From Chitinophagales bacterium (GTDB lineage: Bacteria > Bacteroidota > Bacteroidia > Chitinophagales > Saprospiraceae): a stretch of 64,000 nucleotides of DNA. Location: contig JBBQGV010000015.1 of NCBI GenBank assembly GCA_038323375.1, positions 974-64,973 on the forward strand. The letters run 5' to 3'. Positions 50,988 to 59,443 of this stretch are shown here, in pieces. Positions within the stretch are counted from its first letter, which is position 1, and every line of letters starts with the position of its first letter. The notes beneath the pieces are model-generated. The model worked only from the letters and a program-made list of their open reading frames with translations. It searched no databases and had not been told where the DNA came from. A program made the position numbers and the translations under genes.

Positions 50988-51881
50988 ATGATACCGAACT
51001 TCAATTTTCAAAAAAAGAGACTGACGCTGCCTGATCAAACGACCGTGGCTTACTTAGATACCGGGCACGATGCGGCTAAGCCTACCCTCGTCATGGTGCA
51101 TGGCTTAGGCAACAATGCTTCTGTTTGGCTCAGGCTGATGGCGCAAATTCAGGGTCAGTACCGCTGTATTGCCTTAGATTTGCCTGCTCATGGAGATTCG
51201 CAAGCCTGCACCCAAGCGTGTGGAATTAATTATTTTTCAGCAACCGTTGAGGGTCTTATTGAAGGCTTACAATTAGGCCAGGTGATGCTCATGGGCCACT
51301 CTATGGGTGGGTTGGTTTCGATCAAAACTATTTTGCGAAAGCCCACAGTCGTCAAGCAGTGCATTTTACTTGCCCCTGCTGGTTTTGAAACCTTTACGCT
51401 CAAGGAAAAAGCCTGGTTAAAAGCCATTTATGCGGTATGGATGCTCAAAAAGATGAGTGCAGCACGTATGGAACAGCAAACCAGAGAAAGTTTTTTCCGA
51501 TTCCCGCCTGATTTTGAGTTTGCCGTACAGGAAATTATCGCCATTCGCGAATCTCCGGAGGCATTCGAGGCGTACTGCGAAACGCTGTCTTTGTGCATGA
51601 ACAGCCTGCTTAATGAGTCGGTTTTTGATACCCTTTCCACCATTAGTCTGCCGTGCACTGTATTTTTTGGCATAGAAGACCTGACCATTCCCAACAAAGT
51701 CCTTCATCCGAACCTCACAGCCATCGAAGTAGCCGAGCAGGGGACGCGGAAAATTCCCAATGCCACCCTGCACTTGATTCCTGAATGCGGCCATACCCTC
51801 CAATGGGAGGCAGCTGATCAGATTGCTGATTTTTTACTAAATTTGGTTAGCTACTCTTCTTCCGCAGGTTCCGGACGCTGA
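50988..51881 (+). CDS. alpha/beta-fold hydrolase
   Basis: 297-aa ORF. HGLGNN oxyanion region, GHSMGG nucleophile elbow and a C-terminal CGH. Confidence 0.85.
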   Translation: MIPNFNFQKKRLTLPDQTTVAYLDTGHDAAKPTLVMVHGLGNNASVWLRLMAQIQGQYRCIALDLPAHGDSQACTQACGINYFSATVEGLIEGLQLGQVMLMGHSMGGLVSIKTILRKPTVVKQCILLAPAGFETFTLKEKAWLKAIYAVWMLKKMSAARMEQQTRESFFRFPPDFEFAVQEIIAIRESPEAFEAYCETLSLCMNSLLNESVFDTLSTISLPCTVFFGIEDLTIPNKVLHPNLTAIEVAEQGTRKIPNATLHLIPECGHTLQWEAADQIADFLLNLVSYSSSAGSGR

Positions 51882-53052
51882 CCTCTTCCCAAGAACGGCA
51901 ACCGGCTAATCCCAGGGTCAGGTCAATGTCTGCCAACAAATTCGTGATGACCTCGCGAACGCCTGCTTCCCCGCCTACCGCCAGCGCTAAGGCATAAGGC
52001 CGTGCCACCAGTACCGCCTTTGCGCCTAAGGCCATCGCTTTGAATACGTCTGCGCCACGTCGGATGCCGCTGTCGAACAAGACGGTCAGTTCATCCCCGA
52101 CGGCATTGGCAATTTCCGGCAATACCACCAATGAGCCTACCGCACCATCTACCTGCCTTCCGCCATGATTGGAAACTACGATGCCATCCACGCCATAATC
52201 CAACGCTTTTCGGGCATCGTCTATGTGCTGAATGCCTTTGAGTATGATGGGCATCCGGGTGCAATTCCGGATAACGGACAAGTCGTTCCAAGTTAGGCCC
52301 GGCCCGGTAAATACCTTCGTAAAATGGCGGATGGCTTTGAATTTATTTTGCTCAGGGTCGCCGCCTACGGCCTCCCGGAATACCGGATCGCCGAAGTAAT
52401 TGGCCAAGCCGTGGCCGTGCAAAAATGGCAGGTATCCCAGCTGAATATCACGTTCGCGCCAAGCCAAAACCGGGGTATCAAGAGTCACCACTAAGGCCGA
52501 ATACCCGGCCTCTTCTGCCCTCCGAATGACACTCCTTGTAAAATCGTGGTCGCGCCCCCAATACAACTGAAACCAATGTGGGTTTTCTGCGTTTTCCCGG
52601 GCGATGTCTTCCATAGGCATAGATGACACGTTGCTAACCACTTGTGGCACCTTCATGGAACGCGCAGCACGGGCAACCGCCAATTCAGCTTCCGGGTGTG
52701 CAATGGACAATACACCTACCGGCCCGAGTAATAAGGGAGAAGGCAAGCGCTGTCCAAACAGTGTAACGCCCATATCTGCATTAGAAATATCCACCAACAT
52801 ACGTGGCACAATTTGCCAATCATCCAGCGCCTCCTGATTGTTGCGCATAGTTGTTTCCCCGCCAGCGCCGCCTGCAATGTAGGCAAAGGCTTCGGGTGTC
52901 ATTTTTTCCGAGGCTTCTTGAAGTAAGTCTTCATAAGAAACCGGAAATTTATTTTTCCGGTTGAACAGGCCATTCAGGTAAATGTGCATCTGTCGCTCTA
53001 CACCAAAGGAAGGGCGCTCCATTTGTAAGGTATCACCGGTTCTATTTTTCAT
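51847..53052 (-). CDS. FMN-dependent alpha-hydroxy-acid oxidase/dehydrogenase (lactate oxidase/LldD-like)
   Basis: 401-aa ORF with VVSNHGGRQVDG, ILKGI and DSGIRRGADVFKA motifs. Confidence 0.85.
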   Translation of the reverse strand: MKNRTGDTLQMERPSFGVERQMHIYLNGLFNRKNKFPVSYEDLLQEASEKMTPEAFAYIAGGAGGETTMRNNQEALDDWQIVPRMLVDISNADMGVTLFGQRLPSPLLLGPVGVLSIAHPEAELAVARAARSMKVPQVVSNVSSMPMEDIARENAENPHWFQLYWGRDHDFTRSVIRRAEEAGYSALVVTLDTPVLAWRERDIQLGYLPFLHGHGLANYFGDPVFREAVGGDPEQNKFKAIRHFTKVFTGPGLTWNDLSVIRNCTRMPIILKGIQHIDDARKALDYGVDGIVVSNHGGRQVDGAVGSLVVLPEIANAVGDELTVLFDSGIRRGADVFKAMALGAKAVLVARPYALALAVGGEAGVREVITNLLADIDLTLGLAGCRSWEEVSVRNLRKKSS

Positions 53053-53054
53053 AA

Positions 53055-54347
53055 TTAAAATAGTTTATTTAAATAAAAAACTGCCTGAATAAAATTAATT
53101 TCTAATTGATCAAAATGGTATCGTTTGCCTCCTGTTTGCTCGTTTTGCAGCGTGAGGCCGGGGAAATAGCGAACATTGGTGCGCAGTAAAAAGGATTGGA
53201 GGCGATTGGGGCGGATGTCCCATCCAAAAATATACCCCAATTTCCACTGGTCTTCTTTAGCCTGAAAAGCGGTGCCAGGGTTTAGTGCATCCCCGCCAAT
53301 GGCCTCCAACCGTTCCCAGCCCGGGCTTATTCCAATAAAAGGAACAAACCCCTTGTAATCAAACAAAGATTTGCAAAGGTCTAATGACAAGGCTTTGCGG
53401 CGAAACTCCAGCGTACTGCCATAAGCGCTAATTTCACTGTTGATGCTCCGGTAAGACAGGTTGAGGTGCGCGTCTAATTTGTGGTGATAATAGCCTGCGC
53501 CCCATTCTATAAAAACATTCCCCCCCCTGTGTCGGCCCATATAAGGTGCTACATCGGTTGATTCCTTCAGGAAAAAAGTAGAAGAAACGCCCACTGCTGC
53601 TGAAAAGGTATTGAGTTTACCTGCTTTCCCGAGGCGATCCTCCAGCTCTTTGGTACGGCCATTGAGCAAGTCTTCTTCTGCCGAAACCGTCGTGTCCAGT
53701 AAATAACGGTATCCTATTCTGAATTGAAGTGGGGGCAAACGGAGTGTCGAGGCAGCAACCCGATCGAAATAATAAGTAGCCTTGTTGTTGTACATCCACG
53801 TGGCTGACAATTCAAAATAGTGCTTTTTATTGGCAATGGTGCTTACCCCGGCATGAATTGGGTAGCTCACTTTATTGTAATTGGAGCCGTCGTCGCTTTT
53901 GTCGTCTGTTTTACCGAGGTATCTAAAATTCAACGAATTGAAAGACATGCCCACAAAAGGGCTAATTTTTGCGGTATAAGGCGTTTTCCACAAAAAATAT
54001 CGGAAACCGGTTTCTGTGCCGGTAGCATAATCCGTTGTTCGTGTGCCTGATTGCAAATTGAGGATGGGAATGTTGATAAAAAAATCCACTTTCCCCCAAA
54101 AATGCATACCGGAAATATTCAGGTGCGTCGCCGAACGCGGTGCAAAAGAAAGTTTGTCAGGCTCGCTGCCTGCCACACCCGACACCTTCGTTTCCCATGC
54201 GGGGGCATATCCGGTATAGATCCCGAAGCCACTCTGGGCAAAACGGTGTTGGGTTTTAGGAGAAATAACCTCCGAGTTTTCTTGTCCAATGATTATGGTA
54301 TTGGACACAAACAGCAGGCAGCAGAGCGAGACAAATAGACGCATCAT
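53055..54347 (-). CDS. outer-membrane beta-barrel protein, function unknown
   Basis: 430-aa ORF with a signal peptide, alternating aromatic/hydrophilic strands and a terminal ...YLNKLF. It starts 8 nt after the KS-like gene and ends 2 nt before the oxidase gene. Confidence 0.55.
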   Translation of the reverse strand: MMRLFVSLCCLLFVSNTIIIGQENSEVISPKTQHRFAQSGFGIYTGYAPAWETKVSGVAGSEPDKLSFAPRSATHLNISGMHFWGKVDFFINIPILNLQSGTRTTDYATGTETGFRYFLWKTPYTAKISPFVGMSFNSLNFRYLGKTDDKSDDGSNYNKVSYPIHAGVSTIANKKHYFELSATWMYNNKATYYFDRVAASTLRLPPLQFRIGYRYLLDTTVSAEEDLLNGRTKELEDRLGKAGKLNTFSAAVGVSSTFFLKESTDVAPYMGRHRGGNVFIEWGAGYYHHKLDAHLNLSYRSINSEISAYGSTLEFRRKALSLDLCKSLFDYKGFVPFIGISPGWERLEAIGGDALNPGTAFQAKEDQWKLGYIFGWDIRPNRLQSFLLRTNVRYFPGLTLQNEQTGGKRYHFDQLEINFIQAVFYLNKLF

Positions 54348-54355
54348 GATTGAAT

Positions 54356-55621
54356 TTAATTATATCGACTTAAAATAATGGAAGTTGTATTTCCACCAGC
54401 CTGGATGGAGTTGACCATCACCTTTTCCAAAGGTACGTGTTCCAATGTTTCTCCCGGAATGGTCACCCTGGCATTGGTGGGGTTATTAAAATAACTACCA
54501 GCCCAGCCCGTTCCAAGCACTTCTTCGTTTTGCATCATCAGCGCAGCCGCTACCAGCGAAGTTTGGCCCGAAGCCCCAAAAGTTTCCCCAATAAATGGTT
54601 TTATTGTGGTGTAGTAGAGGTCTTCATTTTTCCAGATTTCATCAATTGCCTTTCCTTCGTATTCGTTGTACTGCCAAGGCAGGCAAGAAGCCCCCACGAC
54701 ACAGTCGATATCCGAAGGCGCAAGCCCTGACAATTTTAAGCTTTCCTCCATTACGTGTTTGAAGTCGGCCTCATTTTTTTCAAAGAAGAAATTGTCGTGA
54801 GCGCCGTCAAAGCCGGTATTGTAATTGAGTACTTCTGCATAAATATCGGCACCTCTTTCCAGTGCATGGTCTAATTTTTCCAGAACCACAAAGGCCGCAG
54901 CTTCGCCAATAACGGTTTTTCGCTCGTTTTTTGCATAGTCGAGGGCACGTTTGAGGGCCGTTTCCGCAGTTGTATCGGCATTCTCCGAAGGGCAGTCAAG
55001 CAAATATCCGCTTTCGTTATAAAAAATCAAATGAATGTCCCTTATTTCATCAAAACCACCACAAATAATGATGTCGGCATCGTCATTTTTCAGGAGGTCG
55101 AAGCCGTAGCAAACGCTGTCTTCCCCCATCAGCAAAGAGCTTGAACCCCTGAATTTATAGTACCGCGTGGTGTCGCCCAAGACTGTATTCGACACCGTTT
55201 TTGTGAAGTCGAAAGGACTGGCTTTGCGCGGACCTTCGCGAAACAGCTTTTCCAGATAGGCTTCAACGGCTGCATTGGCCGCCATTGACGTATTCAGAAT
55301 CAGGCCAATCCGATCTGGTGAAAGCTGGTTGCCTTCCAGTTTGGCACTTTTGACTGCCGTTTGGCACCCCAACATGGCGAGTTGGGAGTACCGGAGTGGA
55401 AATGGCGCTTTCAAATCGGCAAAATATTCTTTGATGTTGATTTCCGGACACGGATAAAAATATGTCTGATCCAGCCCTGATTCGTTCCAGGTGTTTTTGA
55501 TAACGACCCCACTTTGTCCGGACTTGAGGCTTTGGTAATAAGTTTCAGCGCCAATGCCGATGCTGGAGACCATGCCTACTCCTGTGATAACGATGCGTTC
55601 ATTTTGTGGTATAGATTTCAT
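54356..55621 (-). CDS. ketosynthase-like protein lacking catalytic residues (chain-length-factor-like)
   Basis: The 421-aa thiolase-fold ORF is colinear with the KS at 62693-63898. The active-site TACASG position reads SLLMGED, and the two His motifs (HGTAT, GHALGAAG) are replaced (GASCLPW, GETFGASG). Confidence 0.75.
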   Translation of the reverse strand: MKSIPQNERIVITGVGMVSSIGIGAETYYQSLKSGQSGVVIKNTWNESGLDQTYFYPCPEINIKEYFADLKAPFPLRYSQLAMLGCQTAVKSAKLEGNQLSPDRIGLILNTSMAANAAVEAYLEKLFREGPRKASPFDFTKTVSNTVLGDTTRYYKFRGSSSLLMGEDSVCYGFDLLKNDDADIIICGGFDEIRDIHLIFYNESGYLLDCPSENADTTAETALKRALDYAKNERKTVIGEAAAFVVLEKLDHALERGADIYAEVLNYNTGFDGAHDNFFFEKNEADFKHVMEESLKLSGLAPSDIDCVVGASCLPWQYNEYEGKAIDEIWKNEDLYYTTIKPFIGETFGASGQTSLVAAALMMQNEEVLGTGWAGSYFNNPTNARVTIPGETLEHVPLEKVMVNSIQAGGNTTSIILSRYN

Positions 55622-55626
55622 AATAT

Positions 55627-56112
55627 TTAGCTAGGTTTGGTAAGGTGAACGGTAATATTTCCTTTAGCGACTACTTCGTTTTGTGCATCCAGTACTTTTC
55701 CGTCATATACCGAAAAGTCCATGAATTTTTGCTTAATGAATACAACTATTGTAAGCTCTGAATTCGGAAAAACCGGTTTAACAAAGGTGGTTTTATCAAT
55801 TTTAATGGCCCGGCCCATCATTTTTTTATCCGATATATTTTCTCCCGATGCAGTACCGATCTGGTTTTCGATCATTTCCATCCGGCCAAAAAGACCGCAT
55901 GTTTGGAACATCATTTCTACCAGAATAACCCCCGGCAGCATGGGATAACCCGGAAAATGGCCCTTAAAAAAAGGCATGTCGGCGTTTACCTGTGTTTTGG
56001 CGGTGAGCGAGACACCGGGTTCGTAGCTTACAATTTCGTCCACCAGCAACATGGGTGGGCGGTGTGGCAATAAAGTTGCCGGTTTGGGAAAAGTCAAGGT
56101 ATTCGTACTCAT
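55627..56112 (-). CDS. FabZ/FabA-like 3-hydroxyacyl-ACP dehydratase (hot-dog fold)
   Basis: 161-aa ORF with HFPGYPMLPGVILVEMMFQ. Confidence 0.8.
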   Translation of the reverse strand: MSTNTLTFPKPATLLPHRPPMLLVDEIVSYEPGVSLTAKTQVNADMPFFKGHFPGYPMLPGVILVEMMFQTCGLFGRMEMIENQIGTASGENISDKKMMGRAIKIDKTTFVKPVFPNSELTIVVFIKQKFMDFSVYDGKVLDAQNEVVAKGNITVHLTKPS

Positions 56113-56885
56113 ATTGTTTGTAATATTTTTGTAGATACTGAAATTTGATCTAATATAGAACGAGACAAATCTGCTTCTGAAAAATGTCGAACATCCATTA
56201 AAAATTGATTTTTACTGGCTACCCAGCATAAATAATCCCTGTCTATTTGTACCGATTTAAGTATGTATTCCTTGCGGCTGGTCAAGGCTGCGTCCATATC
56301 CCGAAGCCCTTTGCCCGAGCATTTCACCTGTGCTTCTAATGCTGTCCAGTCTTCTATGTTGATGGAATCTGCGTGCGTAGTCAGCCCTTTGACGGCTTGT
56401 CCGAAGCGCAAAAAACTGCTTCGGTCTTTTTTGCACTGTACGTCAATGCCTACAATGCCTTCGTAGTTGATGGCACAAGCAATCAAATCCCGGGAATGAG
56501 ACAGGTTAAAGTCAAAATCCCCTACCCGGATAAATGGCCGTCCAAGTGCATCGTATTGCATCGGAAAACTGGCAGGCGATGCATCGGGATATACTTCGCG
56601 GAGGCCTTCGTACACCAACAATTTACTCAGGATCGATTTTAGCCGGTCAGCATGTTTTAAGTAGCGACTCCACCGATTCCGGATGGCTTCCGGAAACAAA
56701 GTCGCGTATGCCAGTAACAGATCCTGAAAAGAATTACTTTTTTCATAATAAGCATAACATAATAAATTCGCCAAAGGTAACTTGCCGTTGCTCTTCAATG
56801 AGTGCCGTACAATTGGCAAGAGACCGGTGCTTGTCGCGAAATACCTGAACGAAGTCTTTCTGTACAATTTCTGAATATTCTGCAA
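56109..56885 (-). CDS. Sfp-type 4'-phosphopantetheinyl transferase
   Basis: 258-aa ORF. FNLSHSRDL, GIDVQ, WTALEAQVKCSGKG. It overlaps the dehydratase start by 4 nt. Confidence 0.75.
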   Translation of the reverse strand: MQNIQKLYRKTSFRYFATSTGLLPIVRHSLKSNGKLPLANLLCYAYYEKSNSFQDLLLAYATLFPEAIRNRWSRYLKHADRLKSILSKLLVYEGLREVYPDASPASFPMQYDALGRPFIRVGDFDFNLSHSRDLIACAINYEGIVGIDVQCKKDRSSFLRFGQAVKGLTTHADSINIEDWTALEAQVKCSGKGLRDMDAALTSRKEYILKSVQIDRDYLCWVASKNQFLMDVRHFSEADLSRSILDQISVSTKILQTI

Positions 56886-56915
56886 GTTTGTAGCTATAAG
56901 TATCCATTGATCTAT

Positions 56916-58127
56916 CTATTTATGAATTTCCAAAACGCCTATATTCAGTAGGTCTCTAATAAAAATTGATTCAAAGCCTTCTTCTTCCATCTCTTGTTTG
57001 AGCTTTATTGACATTTTAAAAAGGCTTTTAAAGCAAGGCTCTGTCAGTTGAAAACACTGGTATGTGCGCTTGTTCAATAAAAAACAGTCATTTTCAATCA
57101 TAAATAAGCCAAAATTGGTTTTATTAAACTTCAATTGGGTATTAGCTGGTAAATCTGCATAATTAGCGGTGCTAATGTCTCGGGTAGTACTCACTTCCGG
57201 CGGTAAATATTTGTGCAGATAAAGCCATGTTTCCCATTGATCGTAGTATTGTATCAGATATTTTTCCAGCTCACTGTATAACTTGCGGGTTACTTCCGGG
57301 ATGTATTCTTTGGGAGCTCCGGCCCACTCTTTGGGGTCTATTTTAGGCAAAAGCAAGACTTTTGGAGGTTTTCTTTCCTCATCCGGATAATAAGAAATCA
57401 CGGGAATAATCGGGCGTTTGTTCATCCAGGAAATGGCTGCAATCCCTTTTCGGGAATTGATTTCCTGGCCAAAAAATGGAATTCTTAAATGAAACTGTTC
57501 TGACTTGTGGAAAATACCGCCCCCACCAGTATTGCCGTCAATGTAGGCAATAATGGATTTGCCTTCATAAAGGCATTTTGAAAGCGTCATGGCAATATTA
57601 GGCGACTCTGCGTTCAAAAGATCAAAAAACGCAGTTACTCCAAATGCTTTGTGTATCTCGGCCACCTTTTTCCGGATGCTGTCTCCCTGACGATGGTAGG
57701 TGTTTTCATCTACAATCAAAACAAAATCAAGACCTTTACTTGCCACAATGCCGATAACCGACCGATAAGACCCCAGGTGGTAGGTACAAATAACCGCCGG
57801 GAAATTTTCGGGTGCTAAAGCAGCTTCTGCACCGACTACGTCCAAGCGGTCAATTAATTCCGGCATCCCGGTTTCTTCATTGAGCAGGGCACGGCCGTAA
57901 AGCAGCTTCAAATAAATATCTTCGTATGCTGACGCTGGTATGTGGGGCAAAAATCGTTCCAGATTTGCCGTCAGAAATGTAAAATCCTTTAGTTGTAGCT
58001 GATCGAATTTCCGCTGTTCCCGCAATTGGATTTCTTGCCTCAACCCTTTGTAGCTCTCCACGTGTGGAAGGACGTTCGGGCTTTTATTTGAACCAGATTG
58101 AAATACAGGTATCGTTTCGACTGTCAT
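56916..58127 (-). CDS. LpxL/HtrB-type (lipid A biosynthesis-like) acyltransferase with an extra C-terminal domain of about 90 aa
   Basis: 403-aa ORF. YHLGSY (Hx4-type motif), a FFGQEINSRKGIAAISWMNKRPIIPV block and QWETWLYLHKY. The tail (FGLFMIENDCFLLNKRTYQCFQLTEP...FIRDLLNIGVLE) resembles a PqqD-like peptide-binding fold. Judged by eye. Confidence 0.55.
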   Translation of the reverse strand: MTVETIPVFQSGSNKSPNVLPHVESYKGLRQEIQLREQRKFDQLQLKDFTFLTANLERFLPHIPASAYEDIYLKLLYGRALLNEETGMPELIDRLDVVGAEAALAPENFPAVICTYHLGSYRSVIGIVASKGLDFVLIVDENTYHRQGDSIRKKVAEIHKAFGVTAFFDLLNAESPNIAMTLSKCLYEGKSIIAYIDGNTGGGGIFHKSEQFHLRIPFFGQEINSRKGIAAISWMNKRPIIPVISYYPDEERKPPKVLLLPKIDPKEWAGAPKEYIPEVTRKLYSELEKYLIQYYDQWETWLYLHKYLPPEVSTTRDISTANYADLPANTQLKFNKTNFGLFMIENDCFLLNKRTYQCFQLTEPCFKSLFKMSIKLKQEMEEEGFESIFIRDLLNIGVLEIHK

Positions 58128-58141
58128 ACGTATTGCTATTT

Positions 58142-59443
58142 TTAATTTAAAACTTCCGTAGCCAACTGCTCTCTTCCTACCTCCTCGCAGTTAAAATTAT
58201 TGAGTGTAAAAAGATTAATGATGTTCAATATCAGCTCAACAGAGGTTTGCATAGTACGATCCTGCATATCCATATCCGGGTTCACCTCAACCAGGTCAAT
58301 GCCAATGATTCGGCGGTCCGTCAGCACCAATTGCAGCAGTTGAATCAGCTCCGAAAGATCCAGGCCATTGGCAACGGGGGTAGCGGTAGCAGGCGCAACA
58401 ACAGGATCTAGTACATCAATGTCAATGGTCAAATAGACTTGTGCGTCCATTGGAATGAAAGACAAGTCGAGTTCATCATGGATGGATTTTTTCAGGTCGC
58501 TGCACCAGAAAACATGCTGTTTCGAATTATGGGGCCGCCCCATGAGGTTAAATATCCCCCTGATTCCCATCTGATAAATGCCTTTTACTTTCGAAATTTC
58601 GAGGCACCGGCTGGCAAAATTGCCGTGATGGTGTACTTTTTCAGCGTGATTAAGACTGTCATACTTAGAGGTATAGGTATCCGTATGGGCGTCCATGTGT
58701 ACGATGTAAATGTCATCAAACACCGCCGATGCAGCTTTTACAATCGGATAGGTTACAGAGTGGTCGCCTCCAAGAAAAAACGGAATATTCCCTTGTTGGA
58801 AAATCTGGAGCGCTGTTTTTTCTATTTTCCGGTAGATATAGGATTTAGATTCGTGGATGCTGACAAATAAATTGCCCAGATCTTTGATTAAATCCTTTTG
58901 CAAAAGTTCGAAAAAACAAGAGTTACTTGAGTCAATGCCTACCGCTTCAAGGCTGTAATTCCCAGCGCTTGCTGCATCTAAGTGCAACTTGTATTCGTTG
59001 GTGTACTCCCGGAGTTTTTCCGGAAAATGCGCACAGCCCACTGATTTGGGATTGCCCCCGCCATAAGGAATTCCGACAAAGCATAAATTGGCAAAATGCG
59101 GGTTTGTTTCGTCGTTCAATCCAAAAAGCGTATGTTTTAGTCTTGTCAGTATAACGAGCTGGTCTTCGAGAATGTCATTCTGAAATACGAGCCCGCGACT
59201 TACAAAAGAAGACAATGCTTGTTGTAGATCACCTGTGGGGTACTGTGGGAAAGCGGCCATAAGACCTTCAAACGTTTTGGGGATTTCCAGAAACCGCAAA
59301 ATGCTCATTGCTGTTTCTTTTACCTGAAATACCTTCCCCGACAGGGTGTTGTACAATTTATGTGCTGCATCTTCTCCTTTTTCGCGCTCTATGAGCAAGT
59401 AAGGCGAAATGATGTAGTTGGTAATTACTTTATTGTTTTCCAT
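58142..59443 (-). CDS. arginase/agmatinase-family ureohydrolase fused to an N-terminal PqqD/RRE-like domain (candidate peptide arginase)
   Basis: 433-aa ORF. C-terminal GGDHSVTYP, HMDAHTD, TIDIDVLDP and DLVEVNP Mn-binding motifs. The N-terminal 90 aa (LYNTLSGKVFQVKETAMSILRFLEIPKTFEGLM...LSSFVSRGLV) are RRE-like. Confidence 0.8.
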   Translation of the reverse strand: MENNKVITNYIISPYLLIEREKGEDAAHKLYNTLSGKVFQVKETAMSILRFLEIPKTFEGLMAAFPQYPTGDLQQALSSFVSRGLVFQNDILEDQLVILTRLKHTLFGLNDETNPHFANLCFVGIPYGGGNPKSVGCAHFPEKLREYTNEYKLHLDAASAGNYSLEAVGIDSSNSCFFELLQKDLIKDLGNLFVSIHESKSYIYRKIEKTALQIFQQGNIPFFLGGDHSVTYPIVKAASAVFDDIYIVHMDAHTDTYTSKYDSLNHAEKVHHHGNFASRCLEISKVKGIYQMGIRGIFNLMGRPHNSKQHVFWCSDLKKSIHDELDLSFIPMDAQVYLTIDIDVLDPVVAPATATPVANGLDLSELIQLLQLVLTDRRIIGIDLVEVNPDMDMQDRTMQTSVELILNIINLFTLNNFNCEEVGREQLATEVLN

